Virus record (IMG/VR): IMGVR_UViG_2974586258_000001
Location: 1 to 64,000 of that record
Length of the DNA stretch: 64,000 bases
Direction: 5' to 3' (one strand)
Source of the DNA: a virus
Taxonomy: Duplodnaviria > Caudoviricetes
The notes under the pieces are model-generated. The model made no database searches and was not told the DNA's origin. It was given only the letters and a program-made list of their open reading frames with translations. Both the position numbers and the translations under genes were made by a program. Below are positions 16,765 through 26,859 of this stretch, piece after piece (within the stretch, counting starts at the first letter, position 1; each line of letters begins with the position of its first letter).

Positions 16765-17343
16765 TCATACAACCTTCCAAGGAACATATACTTCACGAAT
16801 ATCAATTTCTTCTTGTTTTCCGTCTTGATATTCAATTGTAATATTATGGAAATTATATTTCCCATCTACAACTTCTTGTTGTTTGACTACTTTGACATTT
16901 TGATTGTTATAGATAACATCATTTGTCAAGAGTTCACCAACGTATTGAACTTGATAGCCGATCCCCATTTCTTCTTCAATATCTGACATAATCTTAACAC
17001 TAAAGTCATTGTCTTCTAGAGACAGGGATATAATATAGTCTCGTACTTTCTGGGCATCTTCCCTATTCGTCCATTCGAAAGATTCACCAGACTTTCGTGC
17101 CGGTTGGTAGGATTGTGCAACAAATTTATCCTCAAAGAAATATGCACGAAAACCAACATAGGTGTCTGTGCAATAATGGTTAGCAATCCAGTAACATTTT
17201 AATCGAGGATTCTTTTCATCTTGTTGCACATATTCTTGACAGATACCAAGTTCGAGTTGTAGAGTTGATAGATCCCAAGTACAACTGTCATCACGATTTG
17301 ATTCCGATTTATCAAGATTTTCAATAATGTCTTTGAATTTCAT
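16765..17343 (-). CDS. hypothetical phage protein
   Basis: MKFKDII start with AAGGA RBS; CTDTYVG motif. Confidence 0.75.
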   Translation of the reverse strand: MKFKDIIENLDKSESNRDDSCTWDLSTLQLELGICQEYVQQDEKNPRLKCYWIANHYCTDTYVGFRAYFFEDKFVAQSYQPARKSGESFEWTNREDAQKVRDYIISLSLEDNDFSVKIMSDIEEEMGIGYQVQYVGELLTNDVIYNNQNVKVVKQQEVVDGKYNFHNITIEYQDGKQEEIDIREVYVPWKVV

Positions 17344-17353
17344 TCTTATTTCC

Positions 17354-17629
17354 TTATTTATAAAGTTTGTTGAATTCGATACGAAGAAGCATTTCATCCC
17401 TCATTTTCATTTCTTCAATCATGTTTCTCAGTACAGTTTCTCTGAATTTTCTATCAGAGCACATCAACACCAACTTACAAGCATTAGTAATAGCCTCAAT
17501 TCTTTCGTCTGATTTTGTGTTTGGGTTGCACACAATTTCTCTTTGCTGTTTAACTTCATCTATGAAGTCTTGTTTCGTCCATCCTTGCAGAGAACCATCA
17601 CCCACCACGATGCTAAGGTCATTGTTCAT
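17354..17629 (-). CDS. hypothetical protein
   Basis: 91 aa; downstream of a TTGACA-N17-TATAGT promoter. Confidence 0.7.
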   Translation of the reverse strand: MNNDLSIVVGDGSLQGWTKQDFIDEVKQQREIVCNPNTKSDERIEAITNACKLVLMCSDRKFRETVLRNMIEEMKMRDEMLLRIEFNKLYK

Positions 17630-17694
17630 TTCTTTTCTCCTGTTTGTTTATCTGTAGTAACTATAACCTAACTGAATTTATATGTCAACACATT

Positions 17695-18540
17695 TTACAA
17701 ACTATTTGATAGGTTGCTGAATACTTTCTTGAGTTCTTTGTTATTCATCTTCATTTTTCCGATAAAAGTGTCAAGTTGGTGGCGAAGTTTCAAATCAACA
17801 ACTAACAAATTCTTAACATCAACTGCCTTTGTTTTATCAATAACGAACAGACTCTTCTTGTGTTCTTCATCAAACTTTTGCATAGAAAGTTGGCATTGTT
17901 TTCTGGATATTAGTTTTTTATATTCATTGAAACTTAACAGGAAGTCAACATAATCCCTGCAATGTTCAGCAAACTGAGTATACATTTGTGCAAGTTCTAC
18001 GTCAGTATTGACTTCATACATTTTAGATTCAACTTCATTAGTTACATTTTTAACTTGACAATTTGAATTATTATTTTCTTCTTTAGAACTCAAAATTTCA
18101 TTTTTCTCTTTAGATTCTACTGTCACTGTTGCTTCCCCTTTAACAAATTTATAAATACTTTGTAACTTTTCTTCTAAATTTGATTTCAGAACGCTTTCAA
18201 GAATAGACAACTCTTCTTTTGAGAATGATACTTTAACTGCATTATTTCTTGCATCAAATCGACCTTTTAGTTGGTTAGACTCTTTAGATGCCCAAACACA
18301 ATTGTTCAAACTATAAGGTTTTTCACTATCAATTCGTTCAATAGTTGCCTGATGATTATGGTCTTTTGTTTTAACCAAAGTAATACCAGTATAAGCACAC
18401 GTTGGGTCTTTGTCTAAGTACTTGCAGAACTTTACAAACTCATCTTTAGTAAATTTAAGTGGGATTTTTCTACGAAAACACCCCGCCATTTTATCCTGAT
18501 ATTTTGCTTCAATTTCAGCTTTTGAAAAGAAAGACTTCAT
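17695..18540 (-). CDS. T4 Srd-like (putative anti-sigma/decoy) protein
   Basis: RRKIPLKFT...CAYTG...TIERIDSEKPY..NN......NQLK resembles T4 Srd; ATG at 18540 with GGAGG RBS and a TTGACA-N17-TATATT promoter. Confidence 0.55.
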   Translation of the reverse strand: MKSFFSKAEIEAKYQDKMAGCFRRKIPLKFTKDEFVKFCKYLDKDPTCAYTGITLVKTKDHNHQATIERIDSEKPYSLNNCVWASKESNQLKGRFDARNNAVKVSFSKEELSILESVLKSNLEEKLQSIYKFVKGEATVTVESKEKNEILSSKEENNNSNCQVKNVTNEVESKMYEVNTDVELAQMYTQFAEHCRDYVDFLLSFNEYKKLISRKQCQLSMQKFDEEHKKSLFVIDKTKAVDVKNLLVVDLKLRHQLDTFIGKMKMNNKELKKVFSNLSNSL

Positions 18541-18651
18541 AACACCCTCCTGAGTTGATAAGTGTAATATAACAGGATACATAATATATGTCAAGTATAA
18601 ATTTCAGACAAAAGAAAAGCGACCACGAAGGTCGCTCTACAATAAAAGATT

Positions 18652-19304
18652 TTAACTATCAAAACCAACTACAAGATAAACATCTTCTCCGTGCTCATTT
18701 TTTATTCTTCCAATTTCTTCCAAGAACCATCTGTACATTTCACCAAGAGATTGTTCTGATTTCCATTTGCACTGCACATGTGTTGGGTTCTTAGTTAGTG
18801 TTTTGTACATCCAATAATCTTCTTGTTCCACAACAAATACCTCTGTGCCTGAAACCCCACCACACCAGCATTCAGGATCTTTCCCTTTAGCTACTGTCTC
18901 TTCATAATGCTCTACAGAAACTACACCACCTTGGGACAGATGATTGCTCCAACCTTTCCATTCAAGATTTTCATTGACTGTCATGTGAGTATATGAGTGA
19001 TCTCCCAGCCAACAACCAAATTCTTCTTCATCGTCCCAACGACCATGCCATTTATTATACAAGTCGCCTGTACGGTCTTCTACAACACTAATAAATTCTG
19101 GAAGTCCACGACCTTCCGCAATTGGTTGCAAAGGTTCATGACGATAACAACCAGCAAAACCATAACCATTACGAACACCTGCAAGAATAGCAAACAGTGT
19201 GTAATTTCGATCAAAATCCCAATTTGTTTTAATTGGTTGTTTTGAAACTACATTACCCTTTTCATCTTTTACTACTTTGATAAAACCACCGTGAATATCA
19301 CCAT
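18652..19304 (-). pseudogene. MG(C)DIH-type phage protein with a 5' frameshift
   Basis: RBS and ATG at 19304 are out of frame with DIHGG...RNYTLFAILAGVRN...PIAEGRGLP. Confidence 0.6.
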
Positions 19305-19525
19305 TTTAATCTCCTTAATTTATTTCACATTTTTGTTTGTTTAGAACTTCATTCTGGATATAGTTTAGATCACCAAATTGGATATTGTCAAGGCCCTTTC
19401 TTGATAGATCCCCACGCCAAGAAGGTCTAGTTAGTTTATCTTTTCGTTCTTTGATTTCTTGTTCGAGATTTTTATAATCCATAATTACTCTCTTCCCTTA
19501 CAAACAAATATTAAGATCTTTATAG

Positions 19526-20152
19526 TTATTCTACATCACCTTCAAATCGAAATCCAGCATCATAAAGGTCTGAAGCAAATTGTTGGTACAGGCTTGACCA
19601 ACTACCTTTGTAGTCGCAAACTTCTTTCATTTTGTCAATTGTCTTCTCTTTATGTGTCTTTACAGGATAACACATCTCTTCTCGGAAAACCACACAAACA
19701 CCAAGCATATCTGAGTTTTCTGGGTCAACAAACTGAACCACAACCATCGGAATTGACAATTTAAATTTAGCTACAATCTTACATTCCTTGTCAATAAAAT
19801 ATTTCTTAACTTCTTCCATCAATTCGTAATTGTTTGGATTCCTGATAACGCATTTGTCACCTACTTCAAAAACTTTCTTGACTGGTTGTTTCATTTGTTT
19901 CTCCTTATGTTCTTTGTTGGTATCTTCTTTGAAAAGTTTGCTATTTGCTGGGATAAGTCCATGAGCAGGATGAAGTTTGTATTCTGGAATTCCGAGCAAC
20001 ATCATTTCTTCAATGGAAGATTTTCCCATATATGTACGAGAATCATCTTTGTATACTGTATTATCAATAGAAACATAAAAATGATGCTTAGAAGAATAAC
20101 TTACATTGAAATGTTTTGCTACTTCTGGTGTATCCCAAACATAAAATGACAT
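19526..20152 (-). CDS. hypothetical protein
   Basis: 208 aa; LYDAGFR C-terminal motif. Confidence 0.75.
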   Translation of the reverse strand: MSFYVWDTPEVAKHFNVSYSSKHHFYVSIDNTVYKDDSRTYMGKSSIEEMMLLGIPEYKLHPAHGLIPANSKLFKEDTNKEHKEKQMKQPVKKVFEVGDKCVIRNPNNYELMEEVKKYFIDKECKIVAKFKLSIPMVVVQFVDPENSDMLGVCVVFREEMCYPVKTHKEKTIDKMKEVCDYKGSWSSLYQQFASDLYDAGFRFEGDVE

Positions 20153-20169
20153 ATTAAATTCTCCTTTAA

Positions 20170-20907
20170 TTATTTTATAAACAAATTATAAACCAGCTCA
20201 TTCTGGTTGTCAACAATTTTTAATAGCTGAACATCTTCAATTGTCAAATTTTTAGGGTCTAAACCAATCTCAGCAATCTTATCATATGCCTTGCAGAAAT
20301 CAAGGTGTTTGTACTTGAGTGTCTTAGGTGTCAGTCGTAATCCACCATAACCCACATAAGTTGATAACTCGAATTCCCAATCCTCAGAAGCATAACAAAC
20401 TTGCCCAGATTTATCAGAATGACTAAGAACAGCAAAATCTGGAATAAAATCAAAATCAACATATTTTATAAATTTATTATTTTCTGTTCCAAAAAGATAC
20501 TTTGGTTCTATTTCAACATGCAATTCTTGATTTAAGTGGTACATAGCATCTCCTGCTTGTTCCGCAATACATAGTAACAAATCTTGAATATGTTGTTTGT
20601 TATCAGAATCACAATATTTTGAAGCCTCTTCTGAAATCTGTTTTAGGATCTTATAAACAGCAATATGGGATAATACCAGATTTTCAGTAGAGTTGACCAA
20701 ATTATCAACATTATTGCTGATATTTTCAAGAGTGTCAATGCTTTCAGCACAAGATAGAATATCTTCTAATGTGCTATTAGCAGAATCAATATCATCTTCT
20801 GAGTATTTATTGTTTGCATAACCTTTAATATTATCAACAGCTTTATCTATTCCTTTGCCATCAAAACTGAGGTCGTTATCTACTCCTAACAAATGTAATA
20901 GACTCAT
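20170..20907 (-). CDS. hypothetical protein
   Basis: 245 aa; AGGAG RBS. Confidence 0.75.
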   Translation of the reverse strand: MSLLHLLGVDNDLSFDGKGIDKAVDNIKGYANNKYSEDDIDSANSTLEDILSCAESIDTLENISNNVDNLVNSTENLVLSHIAVYKILKQISEEASKYCDSDNKQHIQDLLLCIAEQAGDAMYHLNQELHVEIEPKYLFGTENNKFIKYVDFDFIPDFAVLSHSDKSGQVCYASEDWEFELSTYVGYGGLRLTPKTLKYKHLDFCKAYDKIAEIGLDPKNLTIEDVQLLKIVDNQNELVYNLFIK

Positions 20908-20916
20908 TTATTCTCC

Positions 20917-21288
20917 TTAAACTGTATATTGAACATTCAGACCAAGAGATATTAATACACTTTCGCATATTTCACAAGGCTTTGCTAAAACTGGATGACC
21001 TTGCTTATCTAGCCTAGCCACATAAATATTTTTAGCTTTGTGTGCATCTCTACCAAGTCGTCTGACAGCATCAATCTCTGAGTGTAGGTAACAAGATTCT
21101 TCTTTTCCTAAACGTTTAGCTGCTCTTGCTTGGAGTGGGTGAGTTTTTACATAGCTGTTCTGACCAATACTTAATACATTTCCTTTACGGTCTGTAATAA
21201 TTGAACACAATCGTTGTTTTCCACGTTGGACAGGAACAGACTCAAGAATTTTGATTGCCAATTGCAAACTCATAATACTATTCTCCAT
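20917..21288 (-). CDS. CMP/dCMP-type zinc-dependent deaminase
   Basis: HSE...PCEIC zinc motif. Confidence 0.8.
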   Translation of the reverse strand: MENSIMSLQLAIKILESVPVQRGKQRLCSIITDRKGNVLSIGQNSYVKTHPLQARAAKRLGKEESCYLHSEIDAVRRLGRDAHKAKNIYVARLDKQGHPVLAKPCEICESVLISLGLNVQYTV

Positions 21289-21348
21289 AAAGAAAAGGAC
21301 ACCTTGATAGTGTCCTTATATTACAGAACAGCTTGATTGTTGTCAAGA

Positions 21349-22392
21349 TTAAAATGGATCGTAGTCCATATTTTCTTGAACGCTATTAAATCCCTGTCCT
21401 TGTTTAATCATACTATTCGATGATTTAAGTAGTGGATCATACATCTCTTTGTACAGAAGAATATGAGCTTTTGCGTAATCGCTTTTGACTTTTTGCTGGT
21501 ATTTAGATGAAAGGTTCTCCACAACACCACTACCGTTCAACCCAACTAGGTTGTAAGTTTTATCCTTACCTGTTCCTTCAACTTCAACATAAAAAGGTTG
21601 TTGAGTAAAATCATTGTAACTACCAGTCTTAAGTAGGTAATCTACCATCCACTCTACTTTATAAGGGGTTGGTTTGTCAATGACTTTTCGAATATTGTTT
21701 TGTGTATTGAAAATCAATGTTGGTTCTTGATATTCTGTAACAAACTTCTCCAATGCAACTTCAGGATTAAATTTATCATTATCTTCTAAGAACAAATCTA
21801 CAGTGCTTTCAAGACCATACATACTCCCGTACTGGTGTAGGAAAGTTTCCTTATCTTCTAGATTCAACTTACTCACTGCGAGAGCAATCTTACGAAGTTC
21901 AGAGTTGCTGATTTCATAACCTTTCTTTTGGTACTTATTGACACGAAGTATAGAGATAATAGGGAATTTGGTTCCACTATTAAACTTCAACTTCTTGGCA
22001 GCAACATCTTTCCAGAAATCATCATGGAAATAAAATTGCTTGTCATCAAAACTATAGGCACACATACAGATACTAAAGTCGAAGTCAGAAAATATTTCAT
22101 CTGCATTTTTATAACTATCAAAATAAATCAGTTGGAATTCTTTTGTTCCATATTTTGTTGTTTGCAGACTAAGACTGATACTTTTGTCAGTCACGCTATG
22201 CAAATAGACATTATCGTTTGTTTGGATAAATTCAGCAACAGCTTCTCGACTAGAGAAGTACATGTCCACATCGTTTACAGGTTGTCCTGTCATAATAGAA
22301 AGAATGCAACCTCCTGCAATAAACGTGCCATCAGGGACATATACACCTTCAAAGTAATTCTCAATACATTGCTTTTGGTAATCAAGATTCAA
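21349..22392 (-). CDS. nucleotidyltransferase (CCA/poly(A) polymerase-like head)
   Basis: FIAGGCILS...VNDVDMYF...FDFSIC...R..KYQKKGY. Confidence 0.75.
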   Translation of the reverse strand: MNLDYQKQCIENYFEGVYVPDGTFIAGGCILSIMTGQPVNDVDMYFSSREAVAEFIQTNDNVYLHSVTDKSISLSLQTTKYGTKEFQLIYFDSYKNADEIFSDFDFSICMCAYSFDDKQFYFHDDFWKDVAAKKLKFNSGTKFPIISILRVNKYQKKGYEISNSELRKIALAVSKLNLEDKETFLHQYGSMYGLESTVDLFLEDNDKFNPEVALEKFVTEYQEPTLIFNTQNNIRKVIDKPTPYKVEWMVDYLLKTGSYNDFTQQPFYVEVEGTGKDKTYNLVGLNGSGVVENLSSKYQQKVKSDYAKAHILLYKEMYDPLLKSSNSMIKQGQGFNSVQENMDYDPF

Positions 22393-22810
22393 TTTTATTC
22401 TCCTTTTGTAAGATACTTCTGATTCTTTCTAGAGTGTACTCTTCCTCTACTCTGTTGTCAACAAGATCTTTCAGTATCTGGAAGATTTCCCATGTAGTGT
22501 TATCAATTTGTGGGTTCAGTATCTTTAGTAATTGCTTATCCCAGATATCAATATTTCTTGGATTAGAAACTATATCAGAATCAAAAGATAACTTCATAGG
22601 TAAACCAGAAAGTGGTCCAATTACCTTACGATCCTCCATAAGAAACAGGGATCGCTCAAACTGATAACAACCCCTTAAAACGTGGACATTAAATTCATAC
22701 ACTACAGTATATTCTTTAGTATCACCCTGAAATACCTTACAGACTATACCTTGTGTACCTGATTTATAGACATAATGTTCCAATCTAACACTATCTATCT
22801 CCATTTTCAT
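22382..22810 (-). CDS. hypothetical protein
   Basis: 142-aa ORF. Confidence 0.7.
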   Translation of the reverse strand: MKMEIDSVRLEHYVYKSGTQGIVCKVFQGDTKEYTVVYEFNVHVLRGCYQFERSLFLMEDRKVIGPLSGLPMKLSFDSDIVSNPRNIDIWDKQLLKILNPQIDNTTWEIFQILKDLVDNRVEEEYTLERIRSILQKENKIES

Positions 22811-22846
22811 ACCTCTGCACAGTTTAAGAAAAGCATATAAACATCC

Positions 22847-23887
22847 TCAATATACGCTTTTATATTCGCAAATGTCAAGTAATTTATTCAAGATAAACAA
22901 AGATTCATTTTCAAAGCATTCTGTGCTCCAATCTACACAATGTTGGAAATTGCGTTCACGAAGTTCAGTGTGTAACTCTTGTTCATAATCGTAAATCTCT
23001 TGATGTGTGGCTGTAAACATTCTTAGTTTATGAATCTTCTTTATTTTAGATAAAGATCTTAAATTTCTAATTCTTTCATCAACATTAAAAGACCTGCCAA
23101 CTTTAATGAACTTATTGTCAAAACTCAAGATATATAGATAATCAATTTCATCTTTTCTTTCAGGGTAATATCCGTTACCATTGCCTAATTCTTTTTGTCT
23201 ATCTTTCCTACAACCACTACATTGTATTTTGCCATTTATAAAACTTTGGTAACTGATCTCTTGTTTTCCATGTATTTTGCAAACAAACTCTAGACGAGAT
23301 GAAAAGTTTTTATATTCGGAAGCAAAACCTATAAATTCATAATTAGATTCTACGCAAATTTTAATGCAACTTTCTATAACTTCATTAATAGGTTTTCTCT
23401 TTTGCTCTGCTTTTATGTTGTTTGCACAAACAGGGCATCCACACTTTCCGTTAATAGTGTTGTGTATTGACGCAACCCACTTATGTCCATCTTTTAAACA
23501 TTCAAGATTTAATTTTGTCTTTTGATCTTTATATTTTTCGGCAAAACCATGAACAACAAACCTATCCTCCCCTGCCCGACGAGCAAGAATTAGGTATTGC
23601 CAAGACTTCCATTTAGGATTAAGCGCACAACCGCAAGGTTTGTTACCGGCCTTTAAATTCCCTTTTGTACAAATAAAGTAACCATCAGGAAATAACTCAG
23701 TATCTGGAGAGCAAACATCACAAGTTACTCTGAAAACAGTAGATCTTCCTATCTTTCCATGTACCGCAATAACTTTTAATTTTCCATTATTAAAGGTTTG
23801 CCCAATAAAGTCCTCATGTTTATCATTTTTCTTTTTAGATCTTGTTACACTATCAATTACTTCTTTGCTCATTAGCCCTCTTAACAA
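22847..23887 (-). CDS. Hef-like/GIY-YIG homing endonuclease with Zn-finger repeats
   Basis: CDVCSPDTELFPDGYF...KPCGC...CPVC...YLYIL...IKVGRSF. Confidence 0.75.
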   Translation of the reverse strand: MLRGLMSKEVIDSVTRSKKKNDKHEDFIGQTFNNGKLKVIAVHGKIGRSTVFRVTCDVCSPDTELFPDGYFICTKGNLKAGNKPCGCALNPKWKSWQYLILARRAGEDRFVVHGFAEKYKDQKTKLNLECLKDGHKWVASIHNTINGKCGCPVCANNIKAEQKRKPINEVIESCIKICVESNYEFIGFASEYKNFSSRLEFVCKIHGKQEISYQSFINGKIQCSGCRKDRQKELGNGNGYYPERKDEIDYLYILSFDNKFIKVGRSFNVDERIRNLRSLSKIKKIHKLRMFTATHQEIYDYEQELHTELRERNFQHCVDWSTECFENESLFILNKLLDICEYKSVY

Positions 23888-24087
23888 TCTTCACGGTTTA
23901 AATTATCTAGTTGTTTTTGTAGATCCATTTTCCTCAGTTCATAAATAACATCCTTCCAGAAATTTTTACGGAACTCTGTTTTAGAACCATTATAAATAAT
24001 ACGCGCTGCATACACAGCCCTTTTAATGTCTCCATTCTTCTTTGAAATCAAAGAATCGATGGCTTCTTGAATTGTATTGTGTGCCAC
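23881..24087 (-). CDS. hypothetical protein
   Basis: 68 aa; GGAGG RBS. Confidence 0.7.
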   Translation of the reverse strand: MAHNTIQEAIDSLISKKNGDIKRAVYAARIIYNGSKTEFRKNFWKDVIYELRKMDLQKQLDNLNREDC

Positions 24088-24153
24088 AAATACCTCCAGT
24101 TATTAAAGTATACAACTATATTAACATAAATATTTAAAAATGTCAAGACTTAA

Positions 24154-25623
24154 TTATTGATATCTATCGTATTCAACGTACTTTACATTTAGACCCGAAT
24201 AAACATGTTGCATGTTCTTTTCTGTACTGACAAAAATACACTGACTTTCATACTTCTTCCACTCTTTTTTATCGAGAGTAAAGTAACTGTCTGTAAATAC
24301 GATGATTTTGTCTTCTTTCTTGAGTTTTTGTTTATCTAAGAATGGTAACATAACATCAGGTGTTGTACCTCCATTACCAATAAATTTGTAATCGTTTATT
24401 TCTTTACTGTTTTGTTTTGTATAATGCTTGATAGATTGAGGATAAACTATAATATCCCAACAAGCAACAACAATTTCAAACTGTTTGTATTGCTTCATGA
24501 TCCCACAGGTCTCGATAAGCATAATCTTCCGTTCCTTGTTGGAAATGGAACCACTAGTGTCAAAAAACACAAAAGCTTTTACTGTTGGCTCTGGTTTTTT
24601 ACCAACACGATACATACCAAGTTTAGGATCTAACATATTGTTTTGTTTCATAAACAAAGATAGACCGTGAACACGACGATGAAGTTTCTTAGGATCGTAC
24701 TCAGACTTGTTAAGTCCGTTTAGACTTTTTCTTAGTATCCTTTTCCAACTGATAACGGGTTTAGACATATCTTTGATTTGTTCAATAATTCCACCACTTC
24801 CATAACCAATATCCTTTGCTGTCTGAACAAAAGCTTCTTTAATTCTGTTATTATTCATCTGCACAGAAGATTGAACATCATTGGTATTTTGACTACCACC
24901 GTTATTCGGTTTATCAGGAAGACCTAATACTTCTTTGACAAACTTATCAAAATCTGAAGGTTTTCCAGAACCATAGCCGTCACTATATATGTGGTCATCC
25001 AGAGGCTGTCCGTCTTGTCCTGAATTCCAGTCATCATTGTTTTCTTGTTTATCTTTAATTAAATCATCATAAATAATTTCAGATGTAAAGCTCTTAGGTT
25101 TATATTTTTCTTTCAGACACAACAGTTTAAAAATTGGTTCTTGTTTTATTGTCTTTTCAATACTACCCCAAATTTTAGTACAAGCATCTGCATTAATTCT
25201 ATAATCTGCTGCTTGATTGTAGATAGCTTTATCTCTTGTTCCAACACGAGTAAAGTGGTCATGAATACAGTGTGACAACTCATGAACTACACAAAACTGT
25301 AGAAACTTTACAGACTTCTTAGAATACATTAATTTAAAATCTTCTTCTGATTTTATAGAATGAAATTGGTTATTTTTCATTTTGTTAACACAAATATCAA
25401 GTTCAGATTTAGTTAGTCCTAACACAAACAATGGGTTAATGATCAACTTTTGTCCATCAGTTGCACATGTAGGAATATAGTCCACGACTTCAATTTTTAA
25501 TTGTGTACTAACAATACCAAACAATTTCATCTCTTTATTTGATGAATTAATCATACCTAGACGAACACCACGTATTAGTGCTTCCGCATCTTTCTTGTGT
25601 TTTTCTGTGATTTCAATGTTCAT
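24154..25623 (-). CDS. DUF2201-type metallopeptidase plus vWA domain protein
   Basis: TCATDG, HELSH (HExxH), N.AADY.IN, MIDAS DTSGS, GGTT, FTD. Confidence 0.85.
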   Translation of the reverse strand: MNIEITEKHKKDAEALIRGVRLGMINSSNKEMKLFGIVSTQLKIEVVDYIPTCATDGQKLIINPLFVLGLTKSELDICVNKMKNNQFHSIKSEEDFKLMYSKKSVKFLQFCVVHELSHCIHDHFTRVGTRDKAIYNQAADYRINADACTKIWGSIEKTIKQEPIFKLLCLKEKYKPKSFTSEIIYDDLIKDKQENNDDWNSGQDGQPLDDHIYSDGYGSGKPSDFDKFVKEVLGLPDKPNNGGSQNTNDVQSSVQMNNNRIKEAFVQTAKDIGYGSGGIIEQIKDMSKPVISWKRILRKSLNGLNKSEYDPKKLHRRVHGLSLFMKQNNMLDPKLGMYRVGKKPEPTVKAFVFFDTSGSISNKERKIMLIETCGIMKQYKQFEIVVACWDIIVYPQSIKHYTKQNSKEINDYKFIGNGGTTPDVMLPFLDKQKLKKEDKIIVFTDSYFTLDKKEWKKYESQCIFVSTEKNMQHVYSGLNVKYVEYDRYQ

Positions 25624-25687
25624 AAGTTCTCCATAAAAGAAAAGGACTACCTAAGTAGTCCCTATAATAACATCTTGTGTCGTCTTG

Positions 25688-26839
25688 TCAAGCATTGTCC
25701 ATGAGGTTTTTAATCTGTTGTTCAAATTGTAGGTTATCTTTCAGTAGAGTTGTAAAACTTGGGTTGTCTTTGCGAATTTGCATGATGAAATCTACCTTAC
25801 CATGTTCCTGTCCAAGTTTACAAATCTTGGTAATATAATTTACAATAATTTCTTTCTCGTCTAGCAGGTTGTTGGCAATAAATTTAACAAGATTTTTACC
25901 GTAATCAACACAACAAGTCTCATTATTTCTGATAGAATTTGTTAAATGATAGACACAACTCGATAGGACACTAAAGATTCCTGCAAGTCCTACATCCTTG
26001 TCCAACTGTTTATCAAACTTACCATTCAAAATCGTCATTGGATCTGGCAGTTTAATAGCTGCCTCATAAAGTGGATAAATTTGCAAAAACTTATCATTAC
26101 CAATAGACCCATCAACGGAAACCATTGCAATCTTATCACTACAATTTCCATGTTGCAAATCCCAGAAAACGTCACTGGCTGCCTTCATAGAACGTCCACT
26201 TGCAAAACTAGGGCAATCATCTTCACTACCATATTCATACAACTTATCTGGATTATTATGAATGTATTGATAAATTGCTGAGTGGATATTTACTATACTT
26301 CCATAATCTTCTAGCCAATGTTGTGCTTCAGGTTCCATTTCAACAATAATCATTCGGTTAGCCAAAGGACCAAGAATTTCAGAGGAGGCTCCATTATCAA
26401 ATACCCGATTTCCTGCAAGACAAATCTGCATCTTTTTAGGTAGCGGTTTTCCTCCACATTTTCGTTCGTTAATCAACTGATAAAGAACGTGTGCCATTGG
26501 TGTGTCAATATTAGTAATCTCATCTAAAAACAAAATACCTTCAAAATCTGGTTCCATCGGGATAAGAGCACTTTCAGAAAGCTTCATAAACAACTTACCA
26601 TCTTCATAGACAGGGATACCTTGCCCAACCAGATCAGTTGTATCGTGGTGACTCAGAATAACAGTTACACAGTTACCATTGTACACTTTATCTGCATATT
26701 GTTGTGTAATCTCTGTCTTTCCGACCCCAGAGGGAGCAAGGATACAGACAGGTTTGTTCAGTCGCTTACCAAGCGCCAGCATTTCAGGCAACTCACGAGT
26801 ATTAATTCGAGTATTGTACAGCCATTGGGTCTTAGACAT
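25688..26839 (-). CDS. MoxR-like AAA+ ATPase
   Basis: Walker A APSGVGKT, Walker B ILFLDE, AGN sensor, PLANR arginine finger. Confidence 0.85.
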   Translation of the reverse strand: MSKTQWLYNTRINTRELPEMLALGKRLNKPVCILAPSGVGKTEITQQYADKVYNGNCVTVILSHHDTTDLVGQGIPVYEDGKLFMKLSESALIPMEPDFEGILFLDEITNIDTPMAHVLYQLINERKCGGKPLPKKMQICLAGNRVFDNGASSEILGPLANRMIIVEMEPEAQHWLEDYGSIVNIHSAIYQYIHNNPDKLYEYGSEDDCPSFASGRSMKAASDVFWDLQHGNCSDKIAMVSVDGSIGNDKFLQIYPLYEAAIKLPDPMTILNGKFDKQLDKDVGLAGIFSVLSSCVYHLTNSIRNNETCCVDYGKNLVKFIANNLLDEKEIIVNYITKICKLGQEHGKVDFIMQIRKDNPSFTTLLKDNLQFEQQIKNLMDNA

Positions 26840-26859
26840 TCATTTTCTCCTTATTTAAG

